A program made the position numbers and the translations under genes. A model generated the notes under the pieces. That model was not told the DNA's origin. It made no database searches and was given only the letters and a program-made list of their open reading frames with translations. Positions 25,315-36,216 of a DNA stretch of 64,000 nt are shown piece by piece. Within the stretch, counting starts at the first letter, position 1; each line of letters starts with the position of its first letter. The stretch lies in contig CM060734.1 of the NCBI GenBank assembly GCA_030704615.1, positions 1,240,001 through 1,304,000 of the forward strand, written 5' to 3'. Origin of the DNA: Takakia lepidozioides. Lineage: Eukaryota; Plantae; Bryophyta.

Positions 25315-28300
25315 AAGAAGATGCAAAGTGTGGCGGAGGAGATCCCTTCGGGCGAGATCATTGTTGATGTTGACGATGAGTTCTATGAAAGCAAAGCCGC
25401 TGAGATGCTGGGGGGTCAGAAGGTAAACTCTCAGCTTGTGGTGCAAAGTATGCTTGCCCTGGGTGGGAGGTTGAAGATTCCCCTGTGTAGGTTGGTTGCC
25501 ATGCCCGTCGTTCGTCCACCCCTCATCAAGGACATCCTGAAGCTAGAGGCCGAGTTTGTTCATGGGTATTTGGATGGATCCGCAGTCTTTTACGTTTCTA
25601 CAAAGGATTCCAGAGGCAATGAGCTCCTTGTGGATGAGTTAATCGTGGACTCCTAGGATCCCATTTGGAGACAGGTGAACGAATCCTTTGAACTTCTTCT
25701 CTCTAGGAAACCTTCCACCCAGGCATTCTCGGGAAGATGTTTCACGTTTGGGATACCACCGGTTGTTGCTTGCATGGATGGTTGTCATTGGGAGGTTGCA
25801 CTCACAGGAGGAAGAGTGGCATTACTCTGTTCGATCGATGGTGCTGGATTGTGACGGGAACATGATGGGTCTTCTGACGGCAATGAATGATGATGTGAAC
25901 AGGTTGGTTTCTCATTCTACATGTTCCACTTGTGGTTCCGTGGTTCTTTGATTCAAGTCCTTGAATTTCATTCTGACTTTCAGATATCATTCTGCAGAGG
26001 GACGGAGACATCGCATGTCAAAACGAGTCTGGTTCACACATTGTATAGGATACAAAGGATCGGGCAGATGCCCTTGACCAACTTCAAGACCATCCTTTCA
26101 GCAGAGACGTACAAGAAGTGCAAAAGCTCCAAGACATCAGAAACGTGGTACTCGTTGACCCGTGAGGCTTTCATGGAGTACATGTACACGGTGAGATACA
26201 TCTTCCTTCATCTGGCCTTTCCATATTCCTGCTTCCACATGTTTGTTTCTGTTTGTTTCCCTTGACCTTGGGTTGATGCAACTCTCGTGCATTCCCTTGC
26301 AGCAAGACATTGCAGATGGAGGGGAGCGTGGCAAACTAGAATACTACAGCTCAACCCCTGAGGAGAGAAGGACAACAAAGGGGGTTGAGAGTCACATCCA
26401 GAAAGAGATGACCGCTACAAGAAGGACTATAATGAGTGCTTTTGTGAAGCAGTTGAGAATTGCCAACCCATCATTCGGATCGCAGTTTCTCCTGGAGATA
26501 AAAAAAAACCATTATAACAAGCCAGGCAAGCCAGAGATGGCCCAGGAGAAGTTGCACAGGTTGTCTACCGCCGTTGTGTCTTCAGAACAGAAGGTGAAGT
26601 GGCTACAGATATGGAACTTCGATCCCACAGTTAGGGATACCCACATGTTCCCCAGGCCGGAGAAAGAGAAGAAGACCCAGCGTGTCATTCCTGTCAGTGA
26701 CAATGTGCTGGACACATGGCTTCACAAGGCCACTTACTGGAGCCAGGTGTGATTTCCTGTGTCACTTTCTTTTCTCTTTTCCTGTCCTTCTCTTTCCATT
26801 GCCTCTTACATTCGCTGTGATTGTTTTTGGGTTCATTCTTACATTTGAATTGTTTTGCAGTTGGAAGAAACCGGTCGGTTCTGCATACTCAGCTGGCTGA
26901 CTATGGCATCACTATGACAGCACCGAAGGTCTCCTTCGAAGCATACATGAGGAAATGGAGAGCCACAGTGTGGCACTCTTGTTCTTTAGAGAGAGTTCAG
27001 CAAGGAGGGTGGCATCAGTTGAACAAATGACCTTGACCAGCAAGAAAAAGGAGAGGAAGCCTGGAAACGATGCCTTTACAGGTGCACACCCTGGGCCGTT
27101 CAGGCTACTTAGTGTGCTGTGGTTGCAATGTACTCTGCCGCATACTGTTTAAGGGGGTCTTCCTGGTGTGATGGAAAAGCTGAGAGACAATAATTGCATT
27201 GCATAATGAGGTTGTCTCTGTTCCTGCAGGTACATAAAGTTTGTTCTCATGGAAGAGAATTGCTTAGACAAACATCCAGATTTCGTGGACCTGTGGCTTG
27301 TCCCTGCTGGCAACCAGACCATGTTTACTACTGGGATCTTGCATGACTGGGGCCCAGACCATCTTTCTTCTTGTGGTTGATATTTGGATTGCCCTCCTTC
27401 TGAGACCCCAGCTCCGGAGGTGTCTTTGAGGAGAGAGAATGAACGTATTGTAGCCACTGCCGTAGCAGCCGACCTCGACATTCATGAACGAAATTTGAGG
27501 ACTCTTGCAGAGAAGGAGCCTCCCGCTCAGGATACCCCGGGTAGAGAAGAAAGGCAAAGGGAAAAGATGTTGCTGGTGTTGTGGGGAAAGGAAAGGGTAG
27601 AGGGAAGGTGGCACAAGGGCAGGGAAGTGTTGCAGATATTGGCCCAGTCGTGCATGTCCAGCAGACTCCACCGCATGGTAGGGTATCCATGAGAAAGAAC
27701 AAGGGGGTGGTTGATCCCAAGGACCTGTACCATGCAGTGGAACATCCCACGAGGGTCATTCGTCCTACCAGGTTGGAGATGGCCAACGTCGGGTTCCTTG
27801 CCATGATGGAGTCCAAGAAATCTGATTTCAAGGGCGAGCCATCACCAGTGTGGGAGAGGATTGTGGAGTTCCTCGGCACGGTGCGTGTTCTCTTTTGATT
27901 CTTCTCTGCTGTGGGCATGGATCGTTTCAATCCTCTTGAGTATTCCATTGTAATTTTGTTTGCAGGCTAAAATGACCAAATCCTGGGTGAACGGGAAGGA
28001 GAGCCATATGCAGCCGAACTCATCATCTTGGACATCCCTGATGGGTTGGCAGTCCCGGATGTCCCTCCATCGGGTGCTTGTCCGGGTTGGAATGCTTTTG
28101 ATGAGCGCTACTGGCGGTTTTTCTCCCTTTTGCAATTTTTCCTGTCCGATGCAGGTGTTTTGGTGCTCATCCAGTCCATCGACGTTCGCTGTCGCCGTGC
28201 ACTTGCCAGCTATTTGAAAGCCTCGGGCATGAGAGTCGTGAAGACATGGAATTGTGTGAACAGCATGTACCTTACGAAGGGGGATCGTCCGGGAGAGATG

Positions 28301-29535
28301 GTAAATTTGCCTTCTTCTTCCTCTTCTTGGTGGTTCTCGGATGGAGTTGTATAGGTCGCTCGAACTCATATGTAGGGGCCTGATTTTTGAAGCTCCTTAG
28401 TTCCTTGTGGATGTCCTGTTCACAGACTCGTTTGTTTGAAGCTGTTTGTCTCGTCCGAGTGCATCCACCAACGACTCCGGCCGGCATTGCGGAGTTCGCC
28501 ATCACTCATGGGGGCAAGTTCATAGACGACAAGACAGATCCTCCCACGGATGACATGCACCACAACTACGTCAACAACAACGTGTGCTTGCGAAGGGCTC
28601 AATGCTGAAGCTCGAGATTGAAACCCAATCTCACCATACTCCACAAAGTGCACTGATTTGCCCCAAGCCAAATCAGCCCTTTCGCTTGGTCTTGCAATCC
28701 TTCACACAATGAAAGCTCGCATTCCCAAGTCCAGTTCTCAGCTTTGCCACCAAAGCCACTATAACCTGCTCTTGACTGGTCCTCTTCCCAATCGTGCTTG
28801 CTCATGCATGTACACAATCTGAAACCATCAAGGTGCTCTGGAATTACCTGCAGCATGGTGCTTTCATCTCTGAAGCTAAAGATCGAATGCCAAGGTCTAC
28901 CACCTCGTAACCCACATCGCCTCCGCTTCTAACAACCAAGAGCTCTACGGTGCTCCTTGCATAACAACTTGGTTTCTCTATTCTCAAGCAAAAAACCACA
29001 AGTGCTACAACTAACTCGTATCTGGCACTCACAGATACGAGCTGATCTTTCTCGAGTGATAAAGAAGAAGAATACAAGCACAAGCTCATGCGAGCTCACA
29101 AAGCTGAAGCATAAACTCAGGCATATATAACCTCATCACTCAAATACAAGTCAAGCCAAGTGCACCCCACGCCATGGGGAATCCACACTACGGCGCCATA
29201 GCTAGGCGCGGTGAGGCTCAACTCGAGAAAGATGAGCCTTCCGCGCTTGCCGTGAAGATAACCACTCCAGGGCCTAAATCTGCCTTGACCCCTGGATTGA
29301 CCCTTGGGCCAATCCCAAATGTCAATATGTAAAAGCTAGCTATTTCCTAGCTAGTTTCACACTAGTGGTAAAATAACTTGACATTGGGATTGAAAGGGAT
29401 GCTGAGATTTACAAGAAACTCCTGATGGGTTTGGGTGGACACACTTCTCAAGTCCTTCCGAAGCCCTGTCCCGCTGATATTGATACAGAGGAGACTCCCG
29501 ACAAGGAGCTGGACTCCGACTTTGCCTGTGAGTAA
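25315..29535 (+). pseudogene. Cargo gene 2, paralog of gene 1. Exons about 25315-25902, 25998-26190, 26303-26746, 26861-27081, 27230-27880, 27966-28300, 28426-28597, tail 29398-29535; probable 5' exon about 22.4-22.85 kb
   Basis: IPLCRLVAMPVVRP...FVHGYLDGSAVFYVS matches gene 1 IPLCRMISMPTVWP...FIHGYLKGSAVFYVS. Also KMFHVWD..HRLLLAWM and ELIILDIPD; tail DAEIYKKLL...DSDFACE* matches DEELYSRVI...DSDFSCE*. Confidence 0.78.
28598..29392. other. Foreign segment of about 0.8 kb (possibly LTR-derived) replacing the SAM-binding part of gene 2
   Basis: Homology to gene 1 stops after NYVNNNVCLRR and resumes at DAEIY; AAGGG lies on both sides. Confidence 0.55.
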
Positions 29536-30626
29536 GTTCAACCTATGGATGCTTGCATTGTTGTTTCAATATCGAGAATCACTGTTCTTGAGGCAAAGTT
29601 CACATGGGAGACATCCTCTTCGTTGGACTTGTGCATTGCATCATTGTGTTCAAAATGGGTTTTTGTCGACATGTGCAGGAGTCCGCGTGCTTCCACTTAC
29701 CCTCCAGGGCTATCACACCTATTTGGACTTCTTTCCAGTCCTCCTCGGTGCGTGCTACCTGTCTATGCGGAGGCACTCGCAGCAAGCATGTCCGTTCATG
29801 GCACTCGGAGTCCACCCATCGACGGCCGTGGTAGAAGACGTGGTGTTGGGGCCAGAACCTTTGTGGATGACATAGCACAGGAGGTCGAGACTGATTCTGA
29901 TGACTGTGACACTTGATATGAAGTTTTCTTTTGGTTTTATTCGGGGCCAAATTGAAATGGGATGGTTGTGTGTCCTTGTTGTCCTGTTTGCAATGTGTGC
30001 GTGGAATGCACATTCATGGGAACAAACTATTGTTGGAGATGGGGGTTGCATGGACTGCCCGGATTGTTCCTTCAATCTATTTAGTGTTTTGTGGACCTCA
30101 CAGACTTGAGTGCATTGCAAAAACAAACAAACGACTTTGGTTTTGTGTAGAGCATTCTCGCATCATTTGCTCGTTGGTCTCCAAACCATTCTGCTGAATG
30201 GTTGGTGAATCCATCACGGTGAAGTCCACCTCATCAAAGAGCGTTCAGGCATTCTCAAATCTAATGAGCATCCATGATGCTCCCGCACATACCTGGCATG
30301 TTCGCAAGGGTGGTGAGTAAGAAAAGATTTCGCAGGGATCCGCTTTAGATGATGTGTGTGTGCACCTCCTCACGACGTACCCACATAAACTTGTGAGGGC
30401 TTGGTATGTTGATAACGTCTGGATGGATGCAATGGATACAATGGATGTAACATATCCACTCTGCATTCCCGGGAAATGGCTGATCAACCCGCGGAAATAG
30501 GTGACACCCGCGGAAATAGGCCCTGTATGCATGCTGACGTGGCGTGAGCCTGTGCTGGGCTCACGGTTTCCTGGGCTCACAGGCTCATGCCTCCAGACTC
30601 ACGGAATAGCACCCCCCCATTGAGAC

Positions 30627-30960
30627 ATGCAGCCGGCATGGTGACAAAGTGGTTGACCTCTCCATGGGCACAGGTGCGTGCCGAAACACTTCTCAATTCT
30701 TTGTTGCACATGTTCCTCTCATGTTTTGGCTTGTGACATGGTTTCGTGCTTTCATTCACTATCCTGCTTCGTTCCATGCCTGCAAGTGTACAGGAAGACA
30801 TCTTTTTGGGTTTGAGGGGGACGAGGAGCTTTACTCTCGGGTCATCACTCCACTCTTTGAGGGATCCTCGCATTCGACCCAGACTGAGAAGATTGTGGAG
30901 GAGGAGGATCTGCAAGAGCCGCATGTTCTGGATGTGGATTCGGATTTTTCATGTGAGTAA
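30627..30960 (+). pseudogene. Cargo gene 1, 3' end: MTase motif I region and C-terminus
   Basis: CSRHGDKVVDLSMGTG..(probable 90-nt intron)..ASFHACKCTGRHLFGFEGDEELY, compared with the beta-class consensus GDxVLDPFxGSGTTxxAAxxxGRxxIGxExxxxY. Confidence 0.78.
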
Positions 30961-33900
30961 GTGCATGTTCTATTGTGGCACCTCATAGACCCCAGAACGC
31001 ATCCTTTTGGTGTTCCTTTTTGTTGCAGAAGTTTGGCTTCTAGAGTATTTACGAAGTTTACTCATTGCTGTGTGGTTGCAGGAGTCCTAGGACGCCACGG
31101 TTTCTGCCATTCCTTGCCAACCCGGATTTTTTCCCAAGTCCTCCAGCACAATTTCATTTGCCATCTTATGCGGAGGCTGCGGCTACGAGTATAGTCTACT
31201 GGCATCTCCCCCTTCTCTGCTTCACGACAGACATGGTTTTCAGCAGAGCAGGGCTAGCATCTTTGTGGACAGTTCTGCCTTCGTTCTGAACAGTGCGTCC
31301 TGTAGCAGTGGATCTTCTTTGTCCGAATGAATCGATTCTTCTGAAGGGTTTGTTTAAAAACCACGAGTTCACCTATATGCCTTCTTTATGATTGGATATG
31401 AGCCTCTTGGATACCTGGGAAAATGACATGTGGTCCTTCTCAATCAACAAAGCAATGTGGACTCGATGTTTGCAATATACACTGCACTTTCATAATTGAT
31501 TTTCAAGCAAGACAAGCATGGTTTCATGGATTTCGGAGCTCGGGGGATTTGGGAGCTACCGCTACAAAACAGCTATCTATTCTTTCATTTATTTCATTCA
31601 TCCACCTCTCATTCGTTAGACAAACATTCATCCACCATTCATCCCTCATTCATCCAAGTAGCATCCATATCCGAGCTTGTAATACTGGCCACTCTGCGTA
31701 GTAATAGGTCTTCTAAGTCGACTAGGCATCCGCGGTTATAGGTAGGCAGGTCCTGAAGCGTGAGCAAATTTCTGCTCACGAATTTTTCTGCTCGCGGGAT
31801 TTGCTCACAGAATAGCATCCCCCAAGATAGACATGATCTGGAGTCCCTGTGGATTACTAATCCGGATATTTTAAGCTTTATTGAAAGGTCTCCTCCCAAC
31901 AGCAGCCCTCAATGTATGCTTATGGCCAAAATCCAAGATTTCTTCTCCAATCACATGCCTTGTTATCTTATTGCTCCCTCTTCTGTCATCACCTGGGGGG
32001 CTTACGTGGAGGAGCATCCCTATTTAAATTGCAAGCCAAACACTCATGTGTTGGCATTGATGGAGGATGGGGATATTTGTCACACACCCCCTGACAAGTC
32101 TTGGTGGATTAGGGAAGATTGTCTGATGAAACCATGGGAAAGCAGCTGGCTCAAATCAGGGCAAAGGATGTGCTTTCAAATGCCTTTACCCTTCTTTCGA
32201 GACTGCTTGACCAACGCATGGAGGATACTAACCATCAAGATGACCTGGAAAGACGAGGGATCACCTCAGGGGGATTCGTACGAAACCCTCCGAATCTTCT
32301 TCCTCAAGTGGTTCAACTGGTGTGCAACCCTTGGCTGATGAAGAAGGTGGGGCAACTCTTGGGGAGAATCATGACCAAGCCAACGACTTCCTCGTCCAGC
32401 CTACAGAGATCTCGCAGAGCAGAGCTACTTTTCTCCCCTCCCTCCAAGAGGTCCAAGCTGTAATTAGCTCATTCTCCATCCAAACAACCACCCCGACCCC
32501 GCCTTCTCCACCAATTGCTCCCCAAGAGGTCAACTCTCCGAACACTAAGATTGCGAGAAGGCCCCCAGGCACGCGCCCGCAATCCATGCCACCTGCCATG
32601 GCATCATTTGTCAAAGCGACGAGCAAGATCTCTGTGTTTGGAACGCTCTCCCCCCTCACCGCTGGAGAAACCTCCGAGCTCCACTCCACGGCCTCGCCAG
32701 AATTTGAGAAAGATGTGAATTGGAAACATGTCAAGTACCCTTACGACTTCCAGGCTATTTTCGCTAGTATGCTTTGTCATAGATTAGCTCCTCGATAATC
32801 TTTGCTTCATACAGTGCGACTCTCATAATAAGGCTAGGCTTCTTTCGATAGGATGTCATCTGCTTTCTGATCCATGGTAGTTAAGCATGCTTAACTTTCT
32901 CCACCAGAATAGTTACGCCTGCTCAGCCAGGATTTTTTTGGCTGCGGTTTTATGTTTATTCAATCAGCTCTCTGCTGCTCCTCCCTTAGCAGTTAGATAC
33001 TTCCCCCTGGTTTCCTTTGGCTGATGTTTTATGTTTCTTCACTCAGCTCTCCTCCTGCCTTAGCAGTTAGCTGCCTCTGCTTTTGATTAGTTCCGATGCA
33101 TTCACATCCTGGGTCAGCCTCTATGCACCCTCTATGGAGGTTATTTTTTCCTCCTTGTTCTCCTTTTGCCACTTAATAAATTCCCCAAGGCCTCTGTTCC
33201 CTGTTATTTATTTATTGGCCCTGCCTTCCTAAGGCAGGACTACGCAATGGTTTTAGCTGCTTTAGCACCGATACTTTCGATTAGACTTCCAATTCGATCG
33301 ATACAGTTGTCAAGAGAATATTCTGGCTTTTAATGAATGACATCCGTTCAACTTCTTGTGCATGCCATAAATGAAAGTCCATTGGATATTACGGTACATG
33401 CCACCTGGGTGATTCAGGGCTCAAATCCTGTTACCTTGATATTTAGACTAATTATGTGATCTTCCAGATTTTTACTACCTATTCATAATTACTATACGGC
33501 AGGGCTTGCATGAATTCCATGCATTCATTAGGTAAATATTTTTTAAATTGTGAAGATTAATGTTAATAATAATAATAATAATATATTATCCTCCACGGAT
33601 GCAGATCTTCTCTCGCACTCTACATATCTTCTTCTTTATTAGTGCCGCCAATTTTGGTGAGGCCGAAATTGGCGTGGGGCTACGTGGTTTTTATTGAAGC
33701 CCTCCAGGGATAATAAAACGAGGGAGAGGGACCGTGGGAGAATGAATTCGGGCCTACAGTTTGTCAGCCTTCTTGCAGCGGTTCTCTCAGCCCAAAGAAT
33801 CGCCAGCTTTTCCCCCGCCTCTCACATGGTCATGGCGGGATTGAGGACGGTTCCGTGATTCAGTGGCTTCGAGATTGAGGCGAGCACCCGCACTATCCTC

Positions 33901-35181
33901 TTCGGTTCCGTTTTGTCGGTAGGTCGACACTGTTCTTCTTCTCTGCCGTGTCTAATTTCGTATGTGCGTATAGATTGCTGCTTGTCTGTTTGTGTACATT
34001 TGCGCTGGCTACCGGAGTTGTGTGTTGAGAGCGGTCAAAGCAATATCTTTGACGACGTTCATCATAGTGACAGCAGCCTCTGCATCCTGCCTCCCCTTTT
34101 TTCAACTGAAAGGTATGATCTTTGAACACTCCATTGTGAGAAAAACTTCCATTGGTTGGATCTGAAGCGGAGGTCATCGTTTGTAGCAAAATGCACTTCG
34201 GTATGGTTGCTAACATGGACTGTGGTCTACATGTGCAGCAGCAAGGAGGGCGCCTTTTTCTCCAGGAGGGACGAGATGAGCGGCCAGCTTCCCTTCGGCA
34301 TACGAGAGGCTTGCGCTGCATAAGCGTTTTCTTGGTCGTCAATACCCCTACGGAAGCTAGGCCACGCCTGGAGATGCTTCCGGAAACACTGTGAAGTATC
34401 TGTTATCACGGTGGAATACGTAGGAAATCTCTCCTCTCTCAGAACCTGCGGCCTTTCTGCAGAGGATGTAGGTTGTATCTGCTTGGCAGTTGATCTGGAG
34501 TAGCATTCCTGGATAGAAAGTGCGTAAATGTTTCTGCTCTCCCGATCCTTTGTTCACAATATCTGGATTGCCAAGACGTCAAAAGTGGATGAAGACTTCT
34601 GTGGCAAGTGCTTTTCTGCACGTTCTTAAGAACTGCCGGGTTAGAACTTGACCACTCTGGTGTCTGGTTATACTTCATTGAAGATCAAAAACTTTGAAAG
34701 AGTTGTGAGTGTGACATGATTTCATCTCTGGCGATAGCATATGCGGTATACCATGAAGGAACATCAGTATTGTCAAGTTTTTCTGGTTCTATGAACCTGC
34801 AATGATGAGAGCTTGAGATAAACCTGGCGGTAGATGCAGGTAGAATTCAGCCAGAGAGCTCTAATTGACTTGCACCCCATCACTTCTTTTGGCTGATTGG
34901 ACTGAACCTGTGAGGAAAGTGGGGAGTGCTTTATGGTCAGTAACGCTTGCTGGAAAGCTCTCATGATGTATGGCAGAACAGTCAAACCTCCAGCAAACAG
35001 AAGAATACCCGGCTTGGAGATTTGCAATTAAGAGAGAGTATTGGCCGGTGTGTAATAGACTGGTCTCTATCATCTTGTAGGTGAGACACTGGCAAGGACA
35101 AGGAAATCTGTCAGAGATGCAGCTTTAAATCAGAGGTATCAAAGGAGGAAATTACAACAGCAGCAGTGCGGGGTGGGGGGA

Positions 35182-36216
35182 ATGACTTTCTTTACTGAGT
35201 TGCAGGGGGCAAACCGAGGTTTGCCTCCACGATTACTATACGGTATCGTGATGATCCTCATAAGTTTCATCTTTCTTGATCTCTTCTTACACCACTCAAG
35301 TTTTTCAGGCTGCTCTAAGTTAGTGCTTGATTCTGACGAGATCCAAGAGGATGGGAGGGTCCAGGAATTTTTGTCAACAGAAAAGGCTGAGGATATCTCT
35401 TGTAGTTCGTTAGAGGGACACCTTGCCAAGACTTTGAAACCGCAGAATCCAAAGGAGGATCCTTGGAACCAGATGAAATGGATTGGAGAGCCAGCCAAGT
35501 GTAGAGTGAAGGGGCAACTGATTGAGAGTCTGGACCAAGCCAACAACTTTCGGAGAGGATTTTCTCTGCAGTTTGCAACTGATGTTGAAGATAAAACACA
35601 TATTCTTCCTTGGCTTCTTGGAAGTAAAATTGATCTCAACCAGAGAAAACGTCGAGTGTACCTTGATTTGGGAGCTAACTCGTTTTATACGAGTATTCAA
35701 TGGTTCATGAAAATGTATCCCTGTGATTTCACTGAAGTCCATGCCTTCGAAGTTCAGGAAAGCTTGCTGAAATTCCCTCAGGTAGGGTTTCCAGAGGACA
35801 GCAATTGGAAGCCCGAGAACCCACAGTCCATCCGGGTGAAGGTGCAGCCAAGCATCCCACAGTGGATGCTTAAGCGCATGAAAGTCTACTACAATTTTGT
35901 CTCAGATTTTGATGATGCATCCACCAAGTCCATCAACATCACACGTTTCATCAAAGAAGAATTGAAGCTCACTGCGGCTGACACCCTTGTGATTAAGATG
36001 GATATAGAGGGGAGCGAGTGGCCGATTCTGAACAGATGGATGCAGGATTCAGATATGGCTGAAACAATTGACGAGTTGTTTGTGGAAATCCATTATAGTC
36101 ATCCCACCATGTTGCACTACCACTGGGCTCGCTTTGGAGGGCACACTCGCGAGCAAGCTACCCGACTTATTGCTGGCCTGCGGTCAAAAGGGTTTTACAT
36201 CCATGCTTGGCCTTGA
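35182..36216 (+). CDS. FkbM-like (Methyltransf_21-type) SAM-dependent methyltransferase with an N-terminal membrane anchor
   Basis: Intact ORF with hydrophobic LLYGIVMILISFIFLDLFL, VYLDLGAN, VHAFE, VIKMDIEGSEW, IDELFVEIH. A splice acceptor at 35079-35080 with an open frame upstream means the start may lie further 5'. Confidence 0.8.
   Translation: MTFFTELQGANRGLPPRLLYGIVMILISFIFLDLFLHHSSFSGCSKLVLDSDEIQEDGRVQEFLSTEKAEDISCSSLEGHLAKTLKPQNPKEDPWNQMKWIGEPAKCRVKGQLIESLDQANNFRRGFSLQFATDVEDKTHILPWLLGSKIDLNQRKRRVYLDLGANSFYTSIQWFMKMYPCDFTEVHAFEVQESLLKFPQVGFPEDSNWKPENPQSIRVKVQPSIPQWMLKRMKVYYNFVSDFDDASTKSINITRFIKEELKLTAADTLVIKMDIEGSEWPILNRWMQDSDMAETIDELFVEIHYSHPTMLHYHWARFGGHTREQATRLIAGLRSKGFYIHAWP

Larger units (their letters stand above)
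17645..30617. mobile_element. MULE-like element 2: complete, 12,973 bp, 9-bp TSD CATTGAGAC, short imperfect asymmetric termini
   Basis: TSD at 17636-17644 and 30618-30626. Removing the element restores the frame TFIET|CSRHGDKVVDLSMGTG. It encodes a MULE transposase and cargo gene 2, transcribed divergently. Confidence 0.9.
11130..31823 (+). mobile_element. MULE-like element 1 (older host element). Left end and transposase not found; interrupted by element 2
   Basis: Carries cargo gene 1. Right terminus ...GCTCACAGAATAGCATCCCCC (31823) parallels the element 2 terminus ...CTCACGGAATAGCACCCCCC, with clustered GTGAGC/GCTCAC motifs. Left coordinate is approximate. Confidence 0.65.

Noticed and set aside
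30627-30960. Treating this MTase tail as the end of gene 2
   Set aside because: Gene 2 has its own tail at 29398-29535; this piece lies outside the TSD and continues gene 1 in frame
35182-36216. FkbM-like MTase as part of the TE methylation system
   Set aside because: It lies outside the element termini, has a membrane anchor and belongs to a different MTase family; it looks like an ordinary host gene
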